Shown here in pieces: positions 23,750 to 35,557 of a DNA stretch of 64,000 bases. A program made the position numbers and the translations under genes. The notes below the pieces were generated by a model. The model saw nothing but the letters and a program-made list of their open reading frames with translations. It had not been told where the DNA came from and made no database searches. Numbering within the stretch: the stretch's first letter is position 1; each line of letters opens with the position of its first letter. The DNA comes from Neophaeotheca triangularis (lineage: Eukaryota), in the NCBI GenBank assembly GCA_054600435.1, contig BAAIJX010000034.1, forward strand, positions 1 through 64,000, read 5' to 3'.

Positions 23750-24439
23750 ATGCCACTAACCCACCTCCCCGTGACAGAATCCGACATACCAGCCTGGAAC
23801 AGCGCCAAAGAGACCGCCTTCGCGACGAGCCTGCACAATGTAATGTGGCCGCAAGGAATCTCCCCGACCACTCGCGGCCACCTCAACAACAAAATGCGCG
23901 AGCAGCTCCAAGACCCAGAAATCAAGTTCTTCAAAGTCATCGACACGGAACTCACCGCCACAACGCCTTCAGACTCGGAAAGCCACGGTAACATCGTTGG
24001 CATAGCCAAATGGGCCCTTCACCCCTACGAACGCAGTGAGAGCGAGCTCGATGCCGCGGACGCTGAGGCGGAGACCGCCGGCTACCCTCCTGGCATGGGA
24101 GAGGCGTTCGCGAGGGCGTTTTTCGGGGGTATGCGCGTAATGAAACGTGAAAATCTGGGTGGCAGGCCGTATGTGAATTTACATATTCTGGCCGTGTTGC
24201 CGGAGCACAGGGGCAGGGGGATTGCCCAGATGCTGTTGCAGCGGGGGCTTGAGGAGGCCGAGGGCTTGGGCTTGCCGGTGTATTTGGAAAGCACGCCCAT
24301 GGGCAAGGGGTTGTATGAGAAGTGGGGGTTTGAGGTGCTGAATTGGCTACCTTTTGATGCGAGGGAATTTGGGGGCGAGGAGCCGCTTTTTCATGCTTGT
24401 ATGTTGCGGCCGGTTGGGGCTGAGGAGAGAGCAAGGTAA
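23750..24439 (+). CDS. GNAT-family N-acetyltransferase
   Basis: LAVLPEHRGRGIA acetyl-CoA-binding motif and YLESTPMGKGLYEKWGF. Confidence 0.9.
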   Translation: MPLTHLPVTESDIPAWNSAKETAFATSLHNVMWPQGISPTTRGHLNNKMREQLQDPEIKFFKVIDTELTATTPSDSESHGNIVGIAKWALHPYERSESELDAADAEAETAGYPPGMGEAFARAFFGGMRVMKRENLGGRPYVNLHILAVLPEHRGRGIAQMLLQRGLEEAEGLGLPVYLESTPMGKGLYEKWGFEVLNWLPFDAREFGGEEPLFHACMLRPVGAEERAR

Positions 24440-24486
24440 TGGGAGGGAAGTTGAGTGAAACGGTGGAACGCTTCTGAACTGTTGAT

Positions 24487-25643
24487 CTACATAGAGTTCT
24501 TTGCTTCACGGAGAGCTCCCATGACGTCTACGGGTTTGGTTCTGCCTGTGAACTTTTGCACCGTTGGGTCGTCTAGCATCATGAAGACGTTGTGCTTCTG
24601 CTGCGCGGTTAGTGGGTGGAGGTTACGATAAAAGTCTCGGGGGTAAGTTGTCTGACCTTCTCATCGCCAATAGTGAACTTTCCTTGAGTCTGCTTGTTCG
24701 AGTTGGCGAAGGACTCGAGGTTCTTGACGGCGTCTGTTTGCATAACCTTGATGCCGAACTTCACGTTGCCTTTGGTGTACTCGTGGCCGGGCTTAAAAGT
24801 GTCAGCATTGCGTCTAGCTTGTGTGAGTATGCAGAATACTTACGTAGACCTTGGTGTCATCTGGTAGTTGCGCCAGAGTCTCGTTCAGAGCCTTGTGCAT
24901 CTGTTCGGGGGTCCCTTCGAAGAACCTCCCGCAACCTGGGCGTATGTTTAGCTGCCGTTCTGCAGTCTGATACAACGGAAGAACGCTTACCACCAATAAA
25001 AAGAGTATCACCAGTAAAGACCGCTCGGTCATTGCCATCCTCGAACAAGTAGCAAATGCTGTCCTGAGTGTGGCAGGGTGTGTGCAGCGCCTTCACAGTG
25101 ATGCCTTCGCCGACCTTGAAAGAGGAGCCGTGAGAAGGAACCGTGTTGACCTTGGAGCAGTCTTTACCGCCGATGATAGGGACGTTGTAGGATTTGAGCT
25201 AGATGGTAACTGTCAGCATGGTCGTCGCAAGCCTCGCAGTGTCAAACGTTCGCCTACCATCTCGACGTTGCCACCGGCGTGATCATGGTGGCTGCGCTTT
25301 GGTTAGCTCCCACCTGACATGTAGAAGCTCGAGGTGGTCTTACTGGTGAGTGTTGATGATGTTCTGCACCTTGATGCCACCATCGGTCGCCTTCTTCAGT
25401 TCGGGAAGAACTCTACCCATGATTCAGCTTTTTCCAACGAGAAACACATTCCGCACAGCACCTACTCGGACGGATTCGCAGGATCGATGATGACCGCGTC
25501 CTTGGTCTTGTCGTCGGTAACAAGGTACGCGTAGTTGTTTCCGCTCCCCTCCCCTGGTCAAAGGTTAGTACTGCTGTTTGCGACCTTGATGGCTGATAAA
25601 TTAGCCTGGGGTGCTTACACATCGGAATCGATTGGATGTGCAT
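24487..25643 (-). CDS. GLO2: Hydroxyacylglutathione hydrolase (glyoxalase II), multi-exon
   Basis: [25 protein letters not shown] split by an intron, [34 protein letters not shown], end [11 protein letters not shown] at 24487. Possible N-terminal extension from ATG 25781. Confidence 0.92.
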
Positions 25644-27312
25644 GTTTCTTCGCCGTGAGGCAGTCTTGGGGTCGGAGCAATTAGCTACGAGCAATGTTAT
25701 GAATATGGCGAAGAAGCATACAGTCAGAGAGGTTATGATGTTTCGTCTGGACAATCCTCTTGACGCTGTGTAGAGACTCATTACCCAGGCAAGGTATTAT
25801 TGACTGAAGACTGGATGTGGTGCTGTCGGGTCTTGTTAGAGTCCACGGGTGGGTGCAGGTGGTGGCACAGTGGGGTGCTGATGATGCAGACAGCGGGGAA
25901 ATCTTCCAAGGTTCTCAGGCTGCAATCTCACCTCAGGCATCAATCAGCTTATCGGCGGAACCGGTCGCACCTTCCTCCCAAGCCTTGCAGAACTTCAGCC
26001 TCATTTAGAGTCCGGGTGTTGTTGACAAATCTTGGCCACTTCTCGCCTCCCGTCTGAAGTCCTCCGGAACGCCGTCGCAATTTCGTACTCGACTTGCTTC
26101 CCTGCCAGCCCCTTTCCTACCTCTTCCACCATCAACAACATGCTTGCAATTATGCGTAAATCACCTCGAGACCTCTGAATCCGCTACCATATCTCATCGA
26201 AACACACTGCTGCAGTTGTCCCTAGTCGCAAAAAGAGCGGCCACGCGGTTGTGCAGTTGTGCGGTCGGTGAAGAGTTGGCTTCTGTCACGGATTTGGACA
26301 TTATCGATCTGGACATTGGGGGTAACGATGATGCCGTCGCAACAATTACAAGCCGCCATCGACCAAGGTCATTTGCTGTCGTTCTACAACGCAGACGTGT
26401 CGATTGTCGTTGTTGAAGGATGCTCAAGGCCAGCAAACCCGGCTTGGACCATCACCACCATCATCGAACTCGACAAAGGTTTACTCTGTTTCCATCCAGC
26501 ACGCTACGACTATGTTCGTATCAAGACCTCCACCAGCGGCTCACGATACAATAGTGTTATTCGATGCCTACGATGGAACGGCCACCACATGCTGCCGGCG
26601 TCTTCACGTGGCTTTGGGCCAGAACGTCCGCCGAGACGACGCTAAAGCACCTTGGATTGGGCGCAGACATGTGCCTCATCGCCTCATCACATTTCAGATG
26701 CCTTCCGAGGCTTTCTGGAACGTCAAGCAATTCAAGAGAACAGTGCTGGTTTTGTATGAAGAGTTGCGGTTCCCGGGCTCGGGTGGTGCCCAAGTTGCAG
26801 CAGCTGGCTGGCGGGGTGGCGGTCCACCGCCCGTCAAATACAACGTTCCGGCTGGGCTTCACAGCACACCAGGCGCTCACGATGATGCTAGAGACTCGGC
26901 GAGAGACCCGACACGAGAAACCTTGGAACACACACCTTTTACGACAGCCATCCTCCTCACAGCGCCTGATTTCTAAATTCTTCACAAAAATGCTGCCCTC
27001 TGTCTGCGCTGGAACAATTTATAAATCGAGTTACGTTGAAGAGAGAAAACAAAAGCTAATGTGCTGAGCAGAGCACGCACTACCACGCTCGCGCGCCACT
27101 CGCTGGTGTAGTCGCTGGCGACATCGCTCGCCGCCTCGCCTCGCCTCGCCTTGTCAAGAGCGCCAAAGCCACGATGCTGTGTGTTCATGAATCGTTGCAG
27201 AAACAGAGAAGCCATCTTACGCCAAACACCTTGCATGTTTGCGAGCCGCATTCACGTCGCCGCAGCCGCAGTATCATCGCATTCACGCCCTGAATGCATC
27301 TTCGCATGGTTG

Positions 27313-28564
27313 TCATTGCCAACTTCCCGTGTTACCCATTCCACCTTGAGGATCAAATTGGAACCCGCCAAAACCCTGCTGCCCACCGGACATAGTCGAG
27401 CCCATGCCTGGCGCTGAATCAGGCGTCGTCACGTTCGAAAAGGCGAACCTTGAATCTGCAAACTCCTGGCCTATGTGGTCTCCCATATCCTGTGATGGCA
27501 CACCATTCATGGACCCGCTCATCAAATCTTCGTACATACCAGCATCCACGGTCTCAAAATCGACACTGCCACCACCGTCACAGCCAAAGGATGGCATTGC
27601 TTCTCCGTACAAGGGCGAAAAAGAGACGTTCCTGAACGGATGGTCCGTTGCCATGGCTTGAGCCCGGTTGTGGTTGTACTGGTGTATCTTACTGCACTTG
27701 CAGTCTCCACCCGGCTGATGAGCAAGACAAAACGTCCGCAAGGTAGTAAGCTCCTGCCTGATGGCTTGCACCTCTTGCTTCAACGCAGTGTTGATTTTCG
27801 ACATTTCACGAGCAGAGCCTTCCAGATCATCATTATTCTCCTTTTTCTTGGCCCGACACTTGGCCGCCGCCAGACGGTTCTTCTCGCGATACTTTTGCTT
27901 TGAGACGTCGACCTCGCCTCCTTCACTAGGATTGACTACCTGGTCAGGATTGTCTAGAAGGACCTTGTTCTTCTTCCGCGAAGCCTCGTGGCGTTTGTTC
28001 GCTGCATTGCGCGCCCTCTCCGACTTTGCCGGATCCGTTCCCGCCGATGCCACCTTTGGCTTCTTCTTCGCCGGCGCGTCATTGCTCGGCTCGTCAGGCG
28101 GGGTGATCTGTCCAAACTTCTCCTGCACATTCCCTTCGCGACCGCTCACGATCGAGCTCTGCATTGAACTCAGTGGTGGGCGCTTTGTCGCGTTGTGGTT
28201 TGGTGCAGTATGATTGTTGTTGAAGTCTGCACCGGACTGGTGCACACCGGACGAATCTACATCATCTCTGAACATGACGGTCTCGCCGGTGAAAGCGCTC
28301 GTGCCCATGGGAAAGCCATTGGAGGTTTCTTGAGCGTTGCTGCGCACCTCGAGTCAGCGGAGTCCCGCAATCGTGGCTACTACAAAACGAGATGATGTCG
28401 ACTTACTTTGCCTGCTCAAACATGGAGAAGTCCATGCTGTGGTCCCCTTCCGACCCTCCCAAATCATGGAACGATGCCATGCCGTGCTCGCCGCCTGCCA
28501 TTGCACCGGGCGTGCTGCGGTACGGGTCGGGATTGCTGAAAGTCTCGAGTTCCAGGCTGCTCAT
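27313..28564 (-). CDS. bZIP transcription factor (ATF/CREB-like)
   Basis: REKNRLAAAKCRAKKK basic region plus leucine zipper. Exon 1 from ATG 28564; frame-consistent intron 28406-28340 (GTAAGT..GCTGAC..CAG). Confidence 0.88.
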
Positions 28565-30960
28565 TGTGCAGCTGCGTGCCCGCGATCGGGCTACGCGAAG
28601 CACTCAGGACGTAACTAACACTCAGCTCGTGTGAAAATGTGCAGGCTTTGCGATGGAAAGTGCGCGTGATCGAGGTAGGTTGAAGGGATTTCGAGGAGAT
28701 TTCTCGCTCTGACGGAGGTCAATAGCAGACTCTGTATGGCTCGAAGGGTGTCTAGCTGCTTCAGGAGGCGATGGTGAGCTTTCTCTCGGCCTCGCAGCGT
28801 AATTGTAGGCGATTCGAATGGGTTGAGGTGGTTTTAGAGATGAGTTTGGCGGGTTTTGATGTTGGTGGCAAATACGGATTGCTGGGTTTTCAGGCGCGCG
28901 GTGCTAGGTAAGTCGAGAGCAAAGGCGGTGGAAAGGTGTGTTTGGTGTAATTGAGAGATTGCTACGATTTCCTGGGCATTGGATGTAGCTCGTTCGTGAC
29001 CTCTTATCAGGCAGAAACGCCGTGTGTCTTTAGGTGCTGATGCTCGCCTGGCCGACCAGGCTTGGGTTTCTAGCAGCATCCAGTCCGATCGCGGGCGCAC
29101 GTCGATTCCCATCCTGCCCACTGTCCAAGCGGGCAGGCAGCCCGAACTTTCTGCCAAGCAGTGGGGCGAATTCGAGTACCCCTCATTACCAATAGGAGTC
29201 GGCAGCGAGTCCCCGCCGTGTGGGCTCAACTCAATAATAATTTCAAAGCCCCACCGTCCCTTTGGCCGTCGATGTAGTACAGGTGGCCAACGACAGGAAT
29301 GTCGTCGAAACCCCATAGACCTTACCTAGGTACTGCTGGATGGATATCGACACTTCCACCTCAGGCGCCGGTGCTGAAGCCGGGCTGCGGACTTTCTTCC
29401 GCTGGCAGCCTCTCGGCTGAGCTTCTAAGGTTGTTAGAGATCGGGCGATCGATGGCTTTGCCGTTTCCAACGTTCTTTGTTATCGTGTGATTATTCTTTT
29501 TATCATTATTGTCATTGTCACTGCACTGTCTTCTACTTTGTTCTCGCCACTATACCTACCTAGCGCTATCGTCTGCCAAGGTTAATGCTAATTGCATAAC
29601 ACTTGGTGCATAATGCATACTTTAACCTCCTATCCCCTCTGTAGGTGGCTTCGGCCGGCTGAGTGGCTCATCATGCCCTTGGTAACGCGCCCACTGCACG
29701 CCAGTGACGGTGGAGGCGTGAGTAAACTTTCGTGGAAATATCGAAAAAGTTTAGGTTGCCCTGCTGCTAACAGAAGTCCTAGTGGGTCACATCCACTAGG
29801 GCTGCTATCGACTATCGACCTCTCGCGCTGTACGAAGGTGGTGAAAATCGAGAGCTGCCTCCCTATAAGTAGTACATCGATCGGTTTCGCCACTTTGCTT
29901 CATCTCTGATCAACGATCAGTAGGGAGGTGGTTTTTCATGGTTTGACTAGGGTGGTTTCGTTTTCATATCATGTCATCACTCATGCTCCTCGAGCTGTAG
30001 GCTTTGCTTGCTGCCGAAGTGATATATTGGCTGGCACAGACTGATATGTATCGATGCAGGCTCTCTCTCTCTCTTCCCCCATGACGGCTTCGGTCTCGCA
30101 CGAGGCGCGTATCGATTTTGAGATTTCACAGAGGAAGGGTTTTCACAAATCAGCCTCGCCTGTAGTGTAATTCGCCACCGTGATGGTCGTTGTGATCATA
30201 AAACTCATGTCGTATGCCCCGTTCTATGCAAGGGTATCCGCAGTCTAGTGGCGTGTCTCAACATGCTGCGAGGTGGGAGCCTCATCTGGACTGTCTCCTT
30301 GTCCGCTTGTGCTTCGATGTATGCCTTACTCTTTAGAAATATGTCGGGTTTCATAGGAGACAATCTGGGCGAGGCATCGTTGGCGTCATCTGAGCCTGGA
30401 ATCGCTAGGGCGACTTTGAGTGAAGGATGCTGTCTTGGCATGTTCGCGCACCTTCTTCGGATAGGACGATGAAGAAAGGTTTCCTAGAAGAGCCGATGTA
30501 CAATTGCGGTGCGCCGTCATATCGTTCTAAGGTGAGGTATTATTTGCTTTCATCCGGGTACCTAAAAGGTGCGAGGTAGGCACCGCGACTACCTACATTA
30601 CCTACCTAAGGTATCGTCTTCAATATGTCTGGGATTCCCCAGCGAGCGCCACTTTCACTCCCCCGCATTTCTAGAAAGTCAAAAGCGACGCCTATCTCGG
30701 CAGCAAGCGAGCAGGAGAGAAGCCCGTCTCCGGCAGCGGAAGCAAGGGGCAGACAACGGTCAGCCCTGGAGGGTCTCGGCCACGTTCAACAGCACGAACG
30801 CATTGAGTTTGCGACGTCACAAAACTTCCGCGCTCGTCAGTGGACATCAGACCCTCGTTTCAATCATATTCGCCAGACAAACTCATGTCCGTCGCTAACG
30901 ACCGACGACACACCTCTCCGCCTCCCCGATTCCGAGTAGGTACCTAGGTAGGTCCTCTTG

Positions 30961-31634
30961 ATGGAGTCGAGTGGCCAGCACCAGCAGCATGCGCCGCACG
31001 ACTCGGGCCATAGCGTCGACTCCAAGGACCTGCAACACGAAGTGCAAGCATTGAGAGAAAAAGACGTCGATGCGGGTGAGTTCCACCCAAGCACGCTACG
31101 AGACCTCTCCCTTCCCGCCAGTCTAATCCCCCGAATCCCATCCCAGCCGTCAGACTCGCCGACTACGAAGACGAGGTGCGCCGCCTCAAACGCCAACTGC
31201 GCAAACAAGCCTCCCTCGACACCACCAACCAAAGCCTCGCCGCCGAAACCCCTCAACAAGCCCCCGCCCTCTCCCGCTGGGGCTCCGTCCTCAACTCCCG
31301 CCGCCCCACACCCCCAACCCACGCTCCCCAATCCCAAGCCCACCCGACCGCTCGCGAAAAAGAGCTAGAAGCCCAACTCACGACCGAGCGCTCCCTGCGC
31401 CAGGCCGCGGAAAGCAAAGTCCAAGAGGTGCAGAACGAGATTGAGGACTTGAGCGCTAGTCTCTTCACGGAGGCGAACGAGATGGTTGCTGAGGAGCGCA
31501 GGACGAATGCCAAGTTGGCTGAGAGGGTCAGGGTTTTGGAGGCGAGGGAGCGGGAGAGGAAGGCGAGGTTGGAGAGGCTGGAGGAGGCGGTCGGCAGGAT
31601 TGAGAGGGTCAGGGGGGTTTTGAGGAAGAGGTGA
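30961..31634 (+). CDS. Sec2-like (GDP/GTP exchange factor N-terminal) coiled-coil protein
   Basis: EIEDLSASLFTEANEMVAEER motif. Intron 31076-31146 joins ...DA/VRLADYEDEV in frame. Start uncertain. Confidence 0.82.
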
Positions 31635-32797
31635 GGGTTGCTTATGGGTCATGGTGGACTCGAGTTCGTTCGCGATAGGTTCTGGATGGAGTGACTGGGG
31701 TCACTTGGGTTGTGAAGGAAAGGAGGCCGCCGTGTCTGGACTACGCTCTCGATCCGATGATGAATGGGCGACCCGGGCGAGCTGCATGCTGAATATCACC
31801 AATCTCGTCGGTTTTTCAACTGCGCGGTGGAGTCACGGCCTTGGGTTCGTGTTCGGACACGTGAGCTGGACCCGCTTCATTCGTCATTGGCATGGCATAT
31901 GCGCCTCTCTCTCGGAACGAATCATGGAGCTTTCATGAGATGGAATTCACGAAATCGAGTCGTTCTATGTGTGGTCGGAAAGGAAGCCCAAGAGCTCGCT
32001 GCCGGTCTATAACCTCCATTTTCTCAACACGGGGCAACAGCACTCGTGCATATGGGCCGGCAGTGCGCGTTTGGAAAGGCCTTTCGGACAGATATTGGGC
32101 CATCAAACAGCGTCGCGAATGGAAAATCTCCCAGCGACTTGCGTTCCAAAATGGGCCGGGCACGAAGTTGGTGCAGGGATCGGTCTGTACACTTGTGTTG
32201 GCACAAGCGTAAACGGGAGACTTGCTGTGACGCTTTACTGACACGCGGGTTTTAGGCAAGGGCCTGGTAAAAATTCCCACGACTGAGTAAAAGCCACGGA
32301 GAGTCTTGGAAAAGGGCTATTGAGAGGTTCATCGGTACAGGAAATATCAGCGTCATTCGAGAGACGACTACAGCTGCCGAAGCCGCGCAAAGGTACCGAT
32401 ATGAAAGGCAGACAGGGTGCAGGCAGCGGCGAAAAGGCTAGTCACCAGGAAATACGACTGAAATTACCTACCCGACGTCTGTCTTTACTTTTGCCAAGCC
32501 AGGCACGGAGACATGTCCTGTAGATAAGAGGCAAGGTCCGCAGTGAGCTCGTGGTTGTTTTGCCCAAATACGTATATTCGTTAGCGCGAAGCTACAAGCG
32601 ACGAATCAGAGTGAAGGCAGCTTATCGATAGGTATACCTACTTCCGAGGTACATGGTGTTACCACTCTATGCATCATCACTGCTGGCAGCCACCTATACA
32701 CCCATACACATATACACCATAGCACCTGAGCATCGCTTTATTGGGTGGTCCATGAGGATGCTACCGCCTTACTGCCCATCATCGATGAGTCGACGCC

Positions 32798-33625
32798 ATG
32801 GCTCTTCAAGACGCCCGGGATGACGAATGCCCAATCTGCAGCCTGCTAATATACAATCCCGTTCGAACGGGCTGCGGCCATGTCCTCTGTCAATCATGCT
32901 TCACAACTTTAGCCAACATGGCAATCCCCAGGACGATGACCATTATTAGTGTCGATGAGGAACCGCCAGCTCCTAGCACATCGACTGGCCTCGAAACCAA
33001 ATGCCCCATGTGTCGAACGCAGACATCCGCCATACCAGACGGCGCCCTAGCATCGCAACTGCGTCAAACCTACCCCAAACTCTACACCGAACGAGAAGCG
33101 GAAGAAACCAGAAACCCCCCGGTTTCCCTTGTCGAAAACATCCAGCCCCTCACCCTTGCAATCGGCAACCGCCACAGCAAAGTCTCCACCCCAAACAACG
33201 TTTTCCACTACTGGACCTTCTTCGTGACCCCCAACCGCACCGACATCATCGAAGAAGTGCAAATCCTCCTACACCCGACATTCCGACCCAGCAAAATCAT
33301 CCGCCAACGCCCTCCCTACAAAATCAGCCGCCGCGGCTGGGGAACTTTCGTCATTGTCGCGGCTGTTATCTTGAAGGCGGGGTTTTCGTGGGTTTCCGAT
33401 GAAGCGGAGGATTCTCCCGATGGGGCGGCCAAGGGCATGCTGAGGTTGGAGTGGGAATTGGACTTTAGGCGTTTTGGGGGTAAGGGGTCGATGGGGGTGT
33501 GTGAGTTGAGAGTTCGAAGTGATGGGGGGTGGGAGGGTGGGAGGGAGGGGTTTGAGGATGAGGTTGAGTTGGGGAGGATGCGGAGGCAGTATGAGATGGA
33601 TGGGAGGTATGAGCCTGAGGAGTGA
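32798..33625 (+). CDS. RING finger + YEATS domain protein
   Basis: CPIC..CGHVLCQSC..CPMCR; then HYWTFFV..IEEVQILLHPTF..PPYKISRRGWGTF (YEATS). Confidence 0.88.
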   Translation: MALQDARDDECPICSLLIYNPVRTGCGHVLCQSCFTTLANMAIPRTMTIISVDEEPPAPSTSTGLETKCPMCRTQTSAIPDGALASQLRQTYPKLYTEREAEETRNPPVSLVENIQPLTLAIGNRHSKVSTPNNVFHYWTFFVTPNRTDIIEEVQILLHPTFRPSKIIRQRPPYKISRRGWGTFVIVAAVILKAGFSWVSDEAEDSPDGAAKGMLRLEWELDFRRFGGKGSMGVCELRVRSDGGWEGGREGFEDEVELGRMRRQYEMDGRYEPEE

Positions 33626-33979
33626 AGGGAGGGGATGCAATGGTGCTTTTGATGGCTTTGGCAAGTGGGAGAAGGGGATGCGAGTGTTGACTAACTCGAC
33701 TGCTAACGGATAAGAGGAGTTCCAATTTGGCTCGAAATTACTCGCTCTTGAGTCGACTATCTACCTAGGACTTTATCACCACACACAATTGAGGCCGTTG
33801 CAAATTCCAAGCCGACTTATTAATGACCCGCATTAGTGGCCAATTCGAGGGGATCAAGTAGTAGTTTTGGCACGGTAGCGAAATCTCATCAAGTCGGTCC
33901 CGAATGTCCGTGATCTTAAGTGGCTATGGCTTTCAGACTGCTTGCTTGCGGCTCGGCTGCCTAGCTAAGACTGCCGCCC

Positions 33980-35276
33980 CATTAACACGAAGGGTAATCG
34001 CAGGTTCCTAGCTGGACCATAGGGACGCATGGTACAGTCCCGCACAAAACAATGGTCATGTTTCGGCTTCTACAAATAGCAGACTCGCATCGCCCGCAAC
34101 GCAGAATTAGGAGGTCCCGCAACAGCGACAGCGACAGCAAACAAAACCGCTGGACCTCTCCCGGCGCCACTGGAATATTAGCCTTCACGTAGGAACGTCT
34201 GATCTGGCAACCGATCCCCGGTCGGGCCACGCGTTTTCAAGCACAAGAGCTGAACGCCTGGGACCAAATCCCATTTACCATCATAAACGACAGTGACGAT
34301 GGGAGTTATACCATTGCCACCGCCCGACCGCCTCGTCACTGTGTGGTCATCCCGGCCAGAGTACAAAGGCTTCGCACTTTAAACTCTACGGCAGCACAAA
34401 GCGGCCGTCTTCGCTTCAACTCCCGGTCAGCTCTCTCGGACCAACAGCCCGGGAAACGGCGGCGCCGATTATACCAACAGCACCTGACCGCTAGCTCTCC
34501 AGCCGCAGCTCACAGTTCTACTCAAGTCGCAGAGTCGCACCCCGAGATACTCGGCCAACGCCCGGCAGTCCGGCAGCGCCTCCTCGGCTCCTCCACGCGC
34601 AAATTCGACAACGCGCTCCGTGGCGCCTAGATCCAAAGATAAACAAAATAATCCCCCATTGCACGGGTCCCGGCCCCCCACAAAGTCTCAATCAGTCTCA
34701 CCCGCGTGCCCTCGTCGGGCAACAATGGCATCACGTTCCAAAAGGGGAAGGAAGGGGTGGGGGTGCCGCGTCCGCCGCGTCCAGGACGACGAGAGCGCAA
34801 ACCGCTATCCGCCAGTGGCACCAAATTGCCCTCCGTCTCCGTCCGTCGGGCGCAATCTACGTAAAGTGTGTGGCCCAGCCCAGACCGCTCGGCTCTCGGG
34901 GGAAACGCAAAGATGAGTCTGGCCATCCCTCTCTCTCTCTCTCTGCCTACCTGCCTACCTCCCAAGCTCGCCGCCGATGTCCTCGGATAGTCCCCAGTAT
35001 ACACTCCCTTTAGTCCGCTGCCGCCTCGCCCAACCAATTCGCAAGAGTGGAAAGGGTTTTGGAAAGGGTCCTGTCGACAGCTGCAGAAGCTACTTGTGTC
35101 CGGCTGGACTGTGCCAGTGTTCAGTACATTGGGATGGGATCTATTACCTGCGAGCCGATGGGTTGGGTTTGTTTGCGAGGCGCTTTGGCGTGTGCTGAGG
35201 GGGTTTTTGAGGGTTTGGGCTGGGTGACTGGTGATAAAACGCTAGGAGTACACGGTAGACGCGCCACCATGTATGT
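33980..35276 (+). ncRNA. Candidate long structured non-coding transcript
   Basis: 1.9-kb gap between convergent genes with no credible ORF; many stems; three-way junction at 35003-35204; C-rich to G-rich 3' signature like neighbouring plus-strand genes. Boundaries approximate. Confidence 0.35.
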
Positions 35277-35557
35277 CTAGTGACATGTTGGAAAGGGCAG
35301 AGGGAGTAGCGTAGTGGGCCGTCCAAATCCCCACATGACTGGGAGAATTGGTTGTCAAAAGGCTATGGAGCCAGTATGCTCGTACGTAGTCGTGTTTGCT
35401 AAGAACGGACAGTCATCTATCTATCCTGTCTTAGGCAAGGGGGCTCGTGAAAAGTCATCTCCCACGCTTCGTGGGGGAAAGTAAGGGTATACCAAGCAGT
35501 CTCAAACGCCATCGCTAAAGCTCACACGAATTCCCAAGCGGCGGAACCGACTCACTA

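Noticed and set aside
26144..27067. Overlapping plus-strand ORFs of 90-190 aa
   Set aside because: No recognisable domain or consistent gene model; may be a decayed gene.
33626..35557. Telomerase RNA gene
   Set aside because: No CCCTAA/TAACCC template on either strand and no clear pseudoknot; kept only as an unknown ncRNA candidate.
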